From Meyerozyma guilliermondii (Eukaryota): 64,000 nt of DNA. Both the position numbers and the translations under genes were made by a program. This document shows, one piece after another, positions 19,956 through 29,818 of this stretch. How positions within the stretch are numbered: position 1 is the stretch's first letter; each line of letters begins with the position of its first letter. The notes under the pieces are model-generated. The model saw only the letters and a program-made list of their open reading frames with translations, ran no database searches and had not been told where the DNA came from. The stretch is taken from contig CP128817.1 of the NCBI GenBank assembly GCA_051546255.1, positions 434,001-498,000 of the forward strand, given 5' to 3'.

Positions 19956-22601
19956 ATGTTTAAAGGACTCCGGAAGAAAGCTCTGGCTCTTCTGTTGACA
20001 CCAACCAGTAGCCTGGCCAGTTTAGGCGGGCTGAACCATCCTCAATACTCCAAAATACTCAAACAAGTGCGCGATTTTGAGATTGCACTTCGAGCAATGG
20101 ACTTTTTGTTGGACGACCGTGCCGAAGAAGGTATGAAACTTCTTGAAACAGAGAGCAAGAAACATTCAGAAATGCATAGTGACCAGCCAGCAGGTATCTT
20201 TCCTTTGGCAATGGGAGTAATGGACTTTATCGAAGCCACTTTAGGCTTTGAACCTGAGGTTATGGCAAGGGCCCACGAAACCCTTTCCAATGCCGAAGCT
20301 GCCTCGCTCACAAACTCCAAATACAATACGAAGCACCAGCTCAATACATCTATGATATATCCTCCAGGAACAGAATTTCAGGTAACCTTGGCCGAGCTGA
20401 CGTTATTAAATGCGTTGGTGATGCTTTTGACCGAAAACAATAGCTTTTTGGAAGCGGCAAAGGCATTGTTGAAGCTACGTAAAGCATACCAAACTCTTGA
20501 TAGCTTGTACAAGCGTATAAAGGAACTGGAGCCTGTATTCAATCGGAATTTGGCCAAACTTAAGCGCGGTACTTCCTCAAAGAATGTTAGTACGGTCGAT
20601 TTACCTGGCTTCGAAAGCACTGATAATCTTGGTTCTTCGAATGCTTCGTCTTCTTCGTTGCCTGAGGACGTTAAGCTTATGAATTCGCTTGAACAAATAT
20701 TTCAAATGAGAAAGTCTCGAGTTGAAGGAACAAATCTAGGACGTGACGTCAACCCAGACCGTGTGAATCTCTTTAAAGATGCAAGCAGTGATCATATTCC
20801 TCGAATGAGCAGCTTGAGAGATCTACAAGCCAATCCTTCTCCAAGGGCAGTGTCTCCCAATGTGGCTCTACAGAACCTGGTGTTCCTGAATAAACCCATC
20901 GGTACAGATTATGATTCAGATGAAGACGACGATGAATTCACAGATGCATTGGAAACACTCCAGGAAGATATTCCCATACTGGCACCAATGCCTATCTACA
21001 TGAAATCCAATGGAGGAAATAGAATAGCTTCGGGGACGGAGTCTATCATTTCATTCAGCACAGATTACTCGGCAAGCACCTCATCCGATCTCAACAGCAA
21101 CCATCTACATGTATCTACCATCGACGAATTTATTCATTCTGGAGTCCAATTGTGTTTTGGTATCCTCCAGGTAGTATTATCGCTTATCCCTCCAACCATA
21201 GGTAAAGTTTTGTCTATCGTTGGGTTCAAAGGAGATTTTGAAGCTGGAATGAAAATGCTTTGGCGCACTGCCATCACCAGTCGGAATATACATGGAGAGT
21301 TAGCTCTTTTGTGCCTCTTGGTATTTTACGATGGCCCAATTGAATTCATTGACAATGGGTACCAGGTACCCAATAAGGACTCCAAGATTGCACGAGAAGT
21401 ATTTGCCATTGATAATAGGTCGACAGTTAGTGACGAAGAGTTGAAAGCTATCACTGAGAATCCATCTTCTTATACACCTCAATTGTTGGAAAGAGCTAGG
21501 ACACATTTCAAACACAATGCACTTTGGATACTTCAACAAGGAAGAATGCTTGCAGCTCAGGGACAATTGGATGAAGCTATTAGCTTGATGCAAGGATTTA
21601 CAGATGACCCCGATAACAAGATCAACATGCGCCAAATCGAAGGTCTTTTCTTATTCGACAGATCCATGCTATATGCCTTCAGGCACAGTTTTGACGAGTG
21701 TGCTCGTGATTTCGTTAAACTTGTGGATAAAAATTCGTGGTCTCAAGGATTATACTTATTTTTTGCAGGCTGCAGTTATCTCGAGAAGTACAGAATGATC
21801 AAACTTGGTTTACTTCAAGTGGAAAATGAACAAGAAACCCTAAAAGAGCTAGCAGAAAAAGCCGAGCATTTTATGAAACTTGGTCCAACTTATGTTCCAG
21901 GTCATGGAGTCAACGCTGCGAATAAAAAGGGTGGAATTGGAGGCAACAAGAAGCAACTTCCATTCGATAAATATCTTCTTCGTAAAATGGCCCACCTTGA
22001 AGAAGTACAGAAGCAGAACCCCAAATTGGCATTTATTGACTGTGTTGGAACATCTCCTTACCATGAAATCATATATTTCTGGAACGGATACAACAGAATG
22101 CCCACCAAGGACTTGGAATTAAGTATTAAGCTTCTTGGGTATAGTGGTGCTCCAGACAGCGAGTTTTCAGCCAACACGTCCCTGAATAATTACTCTTATA
22201 TCAAGGAAACTATGGATGAAGCCATGTTGCGGTACTTCTTCCAAGCAATGGCATTGAGGCTGCTTGGTAGACACAGTGAAGGATTAGCGTTGCTTGATTC
22301 TCACGTTATTTCCAAGTATGTCACCCAGGATTCTCCTTTGGCAAATTTCAAGTTCACCAAAATGACTTACAGTCCGTTCTTATACCCAACAGCATTGTAC
22401 GAAAAGTCAAGGTTTGTGTGGAATTTACGTACTTCTGCGCCAGATTTTGATGTTCGCAAAAGCATCACAGACTGTGAGACTTTATTGAAGAAGGCTGAAA
22501 TTGTCAGTGACATCGGAGACTACGAGATGAGCAGTCGAACCAGCATGAATATCAAGGCGTCACTTGATCGTGTTACTAAGCTTCGAAATCAGTATTTATG
22601 A
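19956..22601 (+). CDS. IML2: Iml2/YKR018C (TTC39) family protein
   Basis: IFPLAMGVMDFIEATLGFEPEVM, YPPGTEFQV, IDEFIHSGVQLCFGILQVVLSLIPP and YFWNGYNRMP. First ATG (CAAAAATG) is at 19956. Confidence 0.9.
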   Translation: MFKGLRKKALALLLTPTSSLASLGGLNHPQYSKILKQVRDFEIALRAMDFLLDDRAEEGMKLLETESKKHSEMHSDQPAGIFPLAMGVMDFIEATLGFEPEVMARAHETLSNAEAASLTNSKYNTKHQLNTSMIYPPGTEFQVTLAELTLLNALVMLLTENNSFLEAAKALLKLRKAYQTLDSLYKRIKELEPVFNRNLAKLKRGTSSKNVSTVDLPGFESTDNLGSSNASSSSLPEDVKLMNSLEQIFQMRKSRVEGTNLGRDVNPDRVNLFKDASSDHIPRMSSLRDLQANPSPRAVSPNVALQNLVFLNKPIGTDYDSDEDDDEFTDALETLQEDIPILAPMPIYMKSNGGNRIASGTESIISFSTDYSASTSSDLNSNHLHVSTIDEFIHSGVQLCFGILQVVLSLIPPTIGKVLSIVGFKGDFEAGMKMLWRTAITSRNIHGELALLCLLVFYDGPIEFIDNGYQVPNKDSKIAREVFAIDNRSTVSDEELKAITENPSSYTPQLLERARTHFKHNALWILQQGRMLAAQGQLDEAISLMQGFTDDPDNKINMRQIEGLFLFDRSMLYAFRHSFDECARDFVKLVDKNSWSQGLYLFFAGCSYLEKYRMIKLGLLQVENEQETLKELAEKAEHFMKLGPTYVPGHGVNAANKKGGIGGNKKQLPFDKYLLRKMAHLEEVQKQNPKLAFIDCVGTSPYHEIIYFWNGYNRMPTKDLELSIKLLGYSGAPDSEFSANTSLNNYSYIKETMDEAMLRYFFQAMALRLLGRHSEGLALLDSHVISKYVTQDSPLANFKFTKMTYSPFLYPTALYEKSRFVWNLRTSAPDFDVRKSITDCETLLKKAEIVSDIGDYEMSSRTSMNIKASLDRVTKLRNQYL

Positions 22602-22644
22602 TGCATGATGTTTTGGATTAGTATATACATTATTTGTGCATGTT

Positions 22645-23592
22645 TCAACTAAAGTAAGTTTTTACCATCACTGTTGCCACGTTTATTCCTAGAACCACAG
22701 TGAGGAGCCAGCCTATGGCTAATAACGGCAAGATACCAAAGAGAAGTCCTCGTTGTAACAATTTTTCATGGCTTGATTCTTCATTAGCACCGGTGTACAG
22801 ATTCCCAACAAATGGAATCGAAGTGAACCCATACATAGTGACAATGAAATAATGTCCCACTGCACCAAAGTAGAGAGAATTACCAACGAGTAGTGAGGTG
22901 AACGATTTTTCTATGGTGAGTACCGGCAATAGAATGAACTGGAGGAGATACAACGACAACCAGATTACAATAAAGGAATTACAATGGATATCGAAACAGA
23001 ACCCCCATTCGATGTAGTTGACATTGAAGCGACTGGCATCTCCCATCATTGCAAAAGTGTTATTGTAAGTCCAGTTCATTACGAGCCAAAATATACTGGC
23101 TATGACCACTCCCGTCAAGTAAAAATCAACCATCACCATGTAGACAATGAGCTTGATTATCTCCCAGGCACTTGGACTATAAGCGAGACCCCATGCAATT
23201 GCACTGATAGACAAGAATCCGGTAAGTAGGATAAGAAAAGACGGATCATCTCGAGTATAACTCACTTTATTCCCCGTCAGTTGTTGTTTATAGTAGTAAT
23301 GCGAGCGGTACAATTTTCTAGGATTGAAGATCAAATTGAAGATTTCCCAGATGGCAGTTTCAAAATCTAGGGAGTTCGGCTTAAACAATCGCCTAAGCAT
23401 CTTTTTTAGCCGTTGAATGTTCTTTCTTGGTGTGAAGCCATGTCTATGCGATGGTGCTATGGGGTCTGAATTAGCTGTAACAAGCAGTGATGACCTCATA
23501 GAACGAGAATTGTCAACGAGACTCACGGGATCGTGTTCTACTCGTGGGAAGAGATCCTGGGTGGAGTATGGAAGATTGGATCTTTTGTTCAT
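22645..23592 (-). CDS. GMH1: UNC-50 family Golgi membrane protein
   Basis: LDFETAIWEIFNL, YTRDDPSFLIL and IEWGFCFDIHCNSF. First ATG is at 23592. Confidence 0.9.
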   Translation of the reverse strand: MNKRSNLPYSTQDLFPRVEHDPVSLVDNSRSMRSSLLVTANSDPIAPSHRHGFTPRKNIQRLKKMLRRLFKPNSLDFETAIWEIFNLIFNPRKLYRSHYYYKQQLTGNKVSYTRDDPSFLILLTGFLSISAIAWGLAYSPSAWEIIKLIVYMVMVDFYLTGVVIASIFWLVMNWTYNNTFAMMGDASRFNVNYIEWGFCFDIHCNSFIVIWLSLYLLQFILLPVLTIEKSFTSLLVGNSLYFGAVGHYFIVTMYGFTSIPFVGNLYTGANEESSHEKLLQRGLLFGILPLLAIGWLLTVVLGINVATVMVKTYFS

Positions 23593-23715
23593 GTTGTAGT
23601 GTTGTAAATTAGCCAACTCGCAAAATTGAAGAAAGGGACTGCATGTGAGTGACCGGTAGATTTACATTATATATACAGAGTCTATGCAATATCAGCTTAT
23701 GATTCTCGAGAAGTG

Positions 23716-24705
23716 TCAACGTTTGGTAATTTCCAACGTTTGCAATTCTTCGTCCCATGTTGACTGTAAAAAGGCTCGAGCCTGTTGCAACTTCACAACG
23801 TCTACTCTCGGCTCCAGATTTGCAACCGGCTTCACCTGGCGAGAAATGTAGCCTAGAACTCCGGATTTACGCAGCGAAGGAAAACGTAGCCGAATGAGGG
23901 TATAATGGGAACTGATCATCTCGTGCTGTTTTTTGATGGCATATGCGAAAGAACTACTCGCATCGTTGTTGATGCTAGTCAAGCTCAAGTATGAATGCGA
24001 GCTATTAAAGTCGTCATTATCAGTACTCATCAAGTCTTTGTAGTCCAATACCTTTTGCTGTACCCGACTTGTGGGCGTTCTAGTCTTTTCGTACCCATTT
24101 GGGGCGTACGCGTTATATTTTTGGACAAATTTGCTTTGAAAATTGTCGATCTCCAGCAAGATCTCGTTAATATTCTGCTTCTCTGGAGGAGGGACATTTA
24201 AAAAGTTGTTATCCACAAACCCTTCGACACCTTCCCACACCTCAGTTTGTTGATCGTGATTATCGTCCGAATCATCGTCAGGTTCACTATGGTATTTCAG
24301 CGAGAGAGAAGATTCAAGCTTTTTGGAAGCAGGAGTAGATCCAACAGTTTTACTAGGAGCAGTCAGATGTGCCGCACCTGGCCCTGCTAATGGCTCAATG
24401 TTTCGTTCTATACCTGATCCGAATGGTGGGCGCTTGATATTGTACTGATCTCGAATCATCATTAAAGGCGATACGTCACTTCCTCCTTTAGTATAGGGCC
24501 CTGGTTGTTCCCACACCATTGGTATATTTTTGTTTCTCGGGCCCTCATGGCTATGAACGGACAGAGCAGAATGGTGTCTTTCACTAGGTTGTCCTTCTAA
24601 ATGCGTAGGAACCCAGCCACGGCCCCGACTTCGGCTCCGTTGTCTGCTGCGAGAACCATGGAAACTGCCGTTTTCTGGCGTTCGTCGTCCATGAGATTCT
24701 TTCAT
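23716..24705 (-). CDS. Hypothetical protein (329 aa); RS-rich N-terminus and a possible Tco89-like C-terminal motif
   Basis: Long ATG-initiated ORF filling the gap between GMH1 and HEL1; no family confidently recognised. Confidence 0.7.
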   Translation of the reverse strand: MKESHGRRTPENGSFHGSRSRQRSRSRGRGWVPTHLEGQPSERHHSALSVHSHEGPRNKNIPMVWEQPGPYTKGGSDVSPLMMIRDQYNIKRPPFGSGIERNIEPLAGPGAAHLTAPSKTVGSTPASKKLESSLSLKYHSEPDDDSDDNHDQQTEVWEGVEGFVDNNFLNVPPPEKQNINEILLEIDNFQSKFVQKYNAYAPNGYEKTRTPTSRVQQKVLDYKDLMSTDNDDFNSSHSYLSLTSINNDASSSFAYAIKKQHEMISSHYTLIRLRFPSLRKSGVLGYISRQVKPVANLEPRVDVVKLQQARAFLQSTWDEELQTLEITKR

Positions 24706-24801
24706 AATTGCTTCATACAGTAGCTTCTTCGATGTCGACCTTATCTATGGCATCAGTACACCAGCGATAAGCATGTTGATCATGACGTCATAGGGTCAAC
24801 A

Positions 24802-26406
24802 TCAATCAGTATCGAAGCGAAGCATATCTTGCACCAACCCAGTCCGGGCACACTCAACAAGCAAGCGTTGGCGTTTCAGTACCAAATTGCTCAAGTTGAT
24901 GATCTCTTGCTTTTTGTTAGTTATAAGTGTGGTGCTCACGCTATGATTTTTCTTTGAGTTGATATCTTCAAAAATGCGTGAGAGATCTTCAACCGTTTTA
25001 CTGAGATAATCTTGCATTCCCTCGAAGATCTCCGAGTAGTTGGACAGTTGTGCATAGTAGGCAAAGCAATATGTCCACTTGAGGGTTTTTCTTCCTTGAA
25101 TGAGCACTCGTATCGCATCGTGAAGGAATTGAATATCTATCCAAGATAAATTCTTAACTTGCTTACGGACTTGTTCGTTCATATAAGCCGTCATCTGCGC
25201 ATCAACTGTGGCAATGGTCTTCTTGTCTCCCAACATCGAAGACTCGTGTACAGTGAATCGTCTATAATAGTGGAGATACCGTTGGAGGGACTTGCGTTTC
25301 TGAGTCTGGTTCTTCTTTATCAGTGAGGTAACTTCAGGATCGAAACGATTACATTGGTAGTACTCAGTTCCATGCTCCTTCCATGGACCTAAACAGATCC
25401 AACAGAACTCAAAGCGACAAGTGGAGCAGGTGATATGATTGCATCCTCCATTCTTCTCGATCAGAGAGTTGCAGTGGGGACAGGACTGGGTATTAGCTTG
25501 GATCCAATTGACGGTTTCCGAGTCATCGTGGCATTTTTTGATCCACATCTTGACGATTTGGCATGTACATGGAAGGTGGTTCTCGTAAGAGCATTCGCAA
25601 CAGAATTCATGGCTATTCTTACAAGTCGCAATGGGTATCTTGAATAGATCGCAGTTGTTGGAACCAGCAGAAACTCGAATGAGTTCAACAAAACTGTCAC
25701 ACCCAGGAGCTGGACACCATTTCATCGTTTGTTTGTTTGTGTCAACGTAAGAACGTGCCACCAAATTGAGGAAAGGTGTTTGAAGTATCGAGCTGCCCAG
25801 CTCGGCTATTATTGTATCTACTTGACGGTGGGGAATGGTCAAGTTGCAATCTGGATGCATGCATCTGATGAGCTTACCCTGGTAGAGGGAGTTTGTGATA
25901 TAGGCGCCGTAACAGTTTAAACAGTAATGGTGATCGCAGGATAGAGAGTAGGTTTTCGTACTTGAATAGCTTTCGCAGCAAATAGGACAGTCGAATTCGC
26001 TTACAATCTCCAATCGATTGTTAGCGTCTGTGACTAACCCGCAAAGCTCTTTGAGCTTCGTGCCGTTATCGTAATACTCATTTATCACGGTGTCGGATTC
26101 CCAGTTGTAGAAGTGAAGCATGATAAGTATATCGTCCACTGAGCACCGTGGAAGTTGCTGGCGATTAAGGTTCATTGCACGGTTCATAAAGGCTTTTTCC
26201 ACGTAACTGTTGAGGGTCCATGGGCAATATGTCACCGAATTATTGGACTCGAGCTCCACATCAGTTCCAAAAACAGGATGTGTAGATGGATAAGTTTGGT
26301 TCAGAGAGTCTTCTGATTCGGTGTCTGAGCCAAAAGGCTCCTCGTGGTCGAAGGAAAACTCAGACTCGGTATCATCGAAGCCATAATCCTGATCCAGATC
26401 CAGCAT
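24802..26406 (-). CDS. HEL1: Ariadne-type RBR E3 ubiquitin ligase
   Basis: Acidic N-terminus (ATG CTG GAT CTG = MSDSD), RING1 CPICC...CDHHYCLNC, IBR WCPAPGC, RING2 CPHC...IEKNGGCNHITC...FCWICLG and Ariadne LQRYLHYY...RKTLKWTY. Confidence 0.9.
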   Translation of the reverse strand: MLDLDQDYGFDDTESEFSFDHEEPFGSDTESEDSLNQTYPSTHPVFGTDVELESNNSVTYCPWTLNSYVEKAFMNRAMNLNRQQLPRCSVDDILIMLHFYNWESDTVINEYYDNGTKLKELCGLVTDANNRLEIVSEFDCPICCESYSSTKTYSLSCDHHYCLNCYGAYITNSLYQGKLIRCMHPDCNLTIPHRQVDTIIAELGSSILQTPFLNLVARSYVDTNKQTMKWCPAPGCDSFVELIRVSAGSNNCDLFKIPIATCKNSHEFCCECSYENHLPCTCQIVKMWIKKCHDDSETVNWIQANTQSCPHCNSLIEKNGGCNHITCSTCRFEFCWICLGPWKEHGTEYYQCNRFDPEVTSLIKKNQTQKRKSLQRYLHYYRRFTVHESSMLGDKKTIATVDAQMTAYMNEQVRKQVKNLSWIDIQFLHDAIRVLIQGRKTLKWTYCFAYYAQLSNYSEIFEGMQDYLSKTVEDLSRIFEDINSKKNHSVSTTLITNKKQEIINLSNLVLKRQRLLVECARTGLVQDMLRFDTD

Positions 26407-26695
26407 TGATGGTGGCGATGAGTCAGAAAATAAGAAATTTGTATTTAAACCGCTTGTTACGATATGGTGAGATCTGTGGACACTGGTATTGTCTAGAAGC
26501 AAAGGTGGATCCAGGCGCTTGGTTTATATGGTTGCTTTTGTGGACAAATGTTATACTGAACTTGCCTTAATAACCAAAAAATGTTATGTCGCGCGGAGCC
26601 GCATATTGGAACCGTGGGTTACATGGGTGCAAAATACTTAAATTTTTTTAAGATTTCCACCAGAGTCTAATGTATGTATATTCTAGTACTCTTGT

Positions 26696-28444
26696 TCATA
26701 TCATCTTGTTTAGGATGTTCTTTTCTTGAGTAATAATACCTCGGATAAACTTTTCTTGAATACTATCACCAGTAGGTGACTCACCGTATCTCTTGAGTCG
26801 TTGGTGACGCCATTCATTTATAATGTCAAGGTTAGTATTGGACTCACTGAGCAAGAGTGTTGTGAACCTGGTCAAATCATTCAGTTCAACGGACTTTACC
26901 AAAGCTTTAAATTCCCGTTCTTTCATTTTAACAAGATTGAGAAATGCATGCGTTTGAGGAGAAGGCTTCCCATTATACTCAATTTTGAGGGAGAGTTGCC
27001 AAGTATCCAGGAATTCAGTATGGTTGTGCTCGCATCCATCTCTCTCTTCGCAATCTTGTTCATGTTCCTCTTGTTCCAGCTGAATAATTTCATTGACAGC
27101 TCCATAACCCACCTCTTCGAACCACATTAATCTGTTCTCCAAAGCAGCCTTTTCCTTTGTACTCAACTTTTGTTTGTAGTTTTTGAGGTATGCAAACATC
27201 TGAACCGACAATAAGCATGAATCGTTGGGATTTGGGTATTCTGGAGGATTGGCAAATCCATATCGCTGCAAAAGATAAGCATTAGGAAGGTCGTTACCAT
27301 AGGTATTGAGAAGCTCACCATCAGTTATAGGGTTCGTCAACACAATATCGCAGCATGTTTCTCCCGACTCAAGGTCCTTTCGTAAATCGTCATCTGCGGG
27401 AAGGGTTTCCTGCTCTGCGTCTGACATATCTGTGGATTCCTCGTCCTCTTGTTGTTCCAGTTCTGCTTCCAGCGAGTGAACGCCAAGTTCTTCATCCAGT
27501 TCAATGCCTTCTTCATCGTCATTCTCGTCGTCATTGTCATCATTGCTATTTTCATCATCGCTTTCGTCGTCGCTATTTTCTTCATGGTCACATTCAACTT
27601 CTCCACAAAAATGACACACTTCATTGCTGCTCACAAAATGCACATTTTCCTGCCCTATAGTATGAGAGTCTCTTTCAATGGGAAATGCATGATTGAATAA
27701 ATCTGCTCCAGGAACAAGCGAAAGACCATGGTAATCGTCCACCTCGAATGCTCTGGAAATGACTGTTTGAACATGCCTTCCGAAATACACGATTGCTTCG
27801 TAGTGTTTAGAAAGCAAATTATCAACACTGAGATGAGTTTCTGGCAACTTTAATACACTTGGAATTGGAACAAGTGCAGCCGACGACTTTGCGAATAGAA
27901 CACATTCTATGAAAAATTGTATGAGTTCTCGATTATCAAGCATGTTGAGTATATCACACTCCGTATTACGCATACTCAGCTTAATATTCTCGGGCCAAAG
28001 GCAAATAGGGACATTTTCGAGATCAGAAGTGCTCTTGTTACCTATGTCGATGCTTTGTAGATATTGGTACCATGGTGACTCTGGACCAGCTGCTGACTCG
28101 TATATGTATGTGAGAACCATTGCATGCATTCCACTACGCAAATCAACCTCCGAATCAACCTCCAAATCTGTTTCAGACTTTTCTCTGTTTTGTTCGTAGT
28201 CCTCTAAAAGACTGTAAAGAAAGCTATTTTTGGCCGAAAGAATATTTGATTTGGGGACACGAAGTATGATTTCCGGACTTTCATCCACGCTGTAAGTCTC
28301 CAAATTGACTTTTTCAGCTGCATCTGGTCTCAAAAATACTCCAATTCCTCCGTAGCTGGATTTATGAAGATCTACCAACTCACTGTTCCAGTAACCATTT
28401 TCTCGGAGCCATTGAATGACCGGATATGAAGCAGCTTCAGGCAT
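26696..28444 (-). CDS. RKM3: SET-domain protein lysine methyltransferase, Rkm3-like
   Basis: ILRVPKSNILSAKNS, SPWYQYL, SRAFEVDDYHGLSLVPGADLFNH, the CHFCGE...CDH insert with acidic tract, and NTYG...NAYLLQRYGF. Confidence 0.8.
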   Translation of the reverse strand: MPEAASYPVIQWLRENGYWNSELVDLHKSSYGGIGVFLRPDAAEKVNLETYSVDESPEIILRVPKSNILSAKNSFLYSLLEDYEQNREKSETDLEVDSEVDLRSGMHAMVLTYIYESAAGPESPWYQYLQSIDIGNKSTSDLENVPICLWPENIKLSMRNTECDILNMLDNRELIQFFIECVLFAKSSAALVPIPSVLKLPETHLSVDNLLSKHYEAIVYFGRHVQTVISRAFEVDDYHGLSLVPGADLFNHAFPIERDSHTIGQENVHFVSSNEVCHFCGEVECDHEENSDDESDDENSNDDNDDENDDEEGIELDEELGVHSLEAELEQQEDEESTDMSDAEQETLPADDDLRKDLESGETCCDIVLTNPITDGELLNTYGNDLPNAYLLQRYGFANPPEYPNPNDSCLLSVQMFAYLKNYKQKLSTKEKAALENRLMWFEEVGYGAVNEIIQLEQEEHEQDCEERDGCEHNHTEFLDTWQLSLKIEYNGKPSPQTHAFLNLVKMKEREFKALVKSVELNDLTRFTTLLLSESNTNLDIINEWRHQRLKRYGESPTGDSIQEKFIRGIITQEKNILNKMI

Positions 28445-28624
28445 GAAAGGGTGCCAAGGAATTCAAACGAGAAGAATTGAGGTCAGCAGCTGACAAAGAA
28501 CTGCTTTCTGTTTACCGTTCACTGTGCTGCAACTTGGTGCTCGCACCCACAACACCAGCTCATCGCATCGGTGGGTCGTGCGCCAGCCGGCCGCCTATAA
28601 AAGCGGTGTCCACCACTGCGAACT

Positions 28625-28911
28625 TCTTCATCATCAGTAGTGGTTATACTATCTCTTTAATAAGATATATAACTTGCATTTTTCGGAATGCAGCTACATA
28701 GAGACCCTAGTATTTTCTCGACTACACCACATTAGTGATCGTGTGACTGGGAATTTACGTTCAGCTAAGTCTTAACTGACCATTTTAACAGATTGGCCAC
28801 AGTTATCACTCCGTTTCGGTCTTTTAGATCCGCTTTGGCATATGTGTGCTGGTTAAGTTCTGTGGCGCGCCAACTGGCAATTGCCGCAGATTAGCACACG
28901 ATGCTACATTT
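28625..28911 (+). ncRNA. Box H/ACA snoRNA, probable snR37 orthologue (5' end approximate)
   Basis: TATAAAA at 28596; multi-hairpin fold; pocket strands TTCAGCT (28760-66) and CGTTTC (28812-17) complementary to 25S GGAACG-U2944-G-AGCUGGG; terminal hairpin closed by GGCAT/ATGCT followed by ACA-TTT (28906-11); adjacent to PAM16. Confidence 0.7.
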
Positions 28912-29061
28912 TTGTAGAAATTCTGTAGAGTAAGCTGTCAACTGAAATTTTGTTACGGGCCAAGCCAAACACCCGTACACCCAAAAGCTGACCACGAATC
29001 TTCTCGATCGGGTGTACGGAGGCGCACATATATTTTCTTTTCCTCAACTGTCACCACAGTC

Positions 29062-29442
29062 ATGGCTCATCGCTTACTTGTCAACGTCATCTTCACAGGT
29101 GCCTCCGTGTTTGGAAAAGCGTTCACGGAAGCCTACAAGCAGGCCGCAAAAGCATCAGCTGCTGCTCCGGCTGCCGGAGGTGCTGCTAAGGCTCGGTCTG
29201 TTGGAGGAATTCCGGTCGATGAAGCATTCAAGATTCTTGATTTGGATAAAAAGGATCTTTCTCTCGATAAGGTCGACGAAAAGTATAATTATTTGTTTGA
29301 AGTCAACTCCAAGGAGAAAGGAAATTCCTTTTACCTTCAATCCAAAGTGTATTATGCCATGGACACACTACGCAAAGAACTAGAATACTTAGAAAAACTC
29401 AAAGCTGCAAAAGAGGGAGACCATGGACCGACAGAGACATAG
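29062..29442 (+). CDS. PAM16: Mitochondrial import motor J-like protein Pam16/Tim16
   Basis: MAHRLLVNVIFTGASVFGKAFTEAYKQA and DEAFKILDL...YNYLFEVN...GNSFYLQSKVY. Confidence 0.96.
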   Translation: MAHRLLVNVIFTGASVFGKAFTEAYKQAAKASAAAPAAGGAAKARSVGGIPVDEAFKILDLDKKDLSLDKVDEKYNYLFEVNSKEKGNSFYLQSKVYYAMDTLRKELEYLEKLKAAKEGDHGPTET

Positions 29443-29818
29443 TTGCTCCAACTTTTTCTTGTTGATTTGATCAGATTCTTGGCTTCGTTCGCCACCTCAT
29501 CATCACCGCCTGCGGTCACCTACGGTTCATTTCGCATCCAGTACACCGCACTATATTGTGGTCCATCTAATGGTCGCAGTCACATATCTACGAATGTATA
29601 TAGCAATAGTACAGACATCAAGCTGTTAGTGTTCTTGATTTGCTTCTCACTCTATTTGGCGTCAGCCCTTTTTCCTGCCGTCGTATTCTCGTATACTGTC
29701 CGAAAAACCCATGCACCCGCGGCTACTTTTTGGTTCCAGTTTTTACCTTCATTTTTAAACATAAAACAACACAGTTTCTTCCGGTGTGTTTTTTTCTGGC
29801 TATTTTTCGTTTTCTAGC

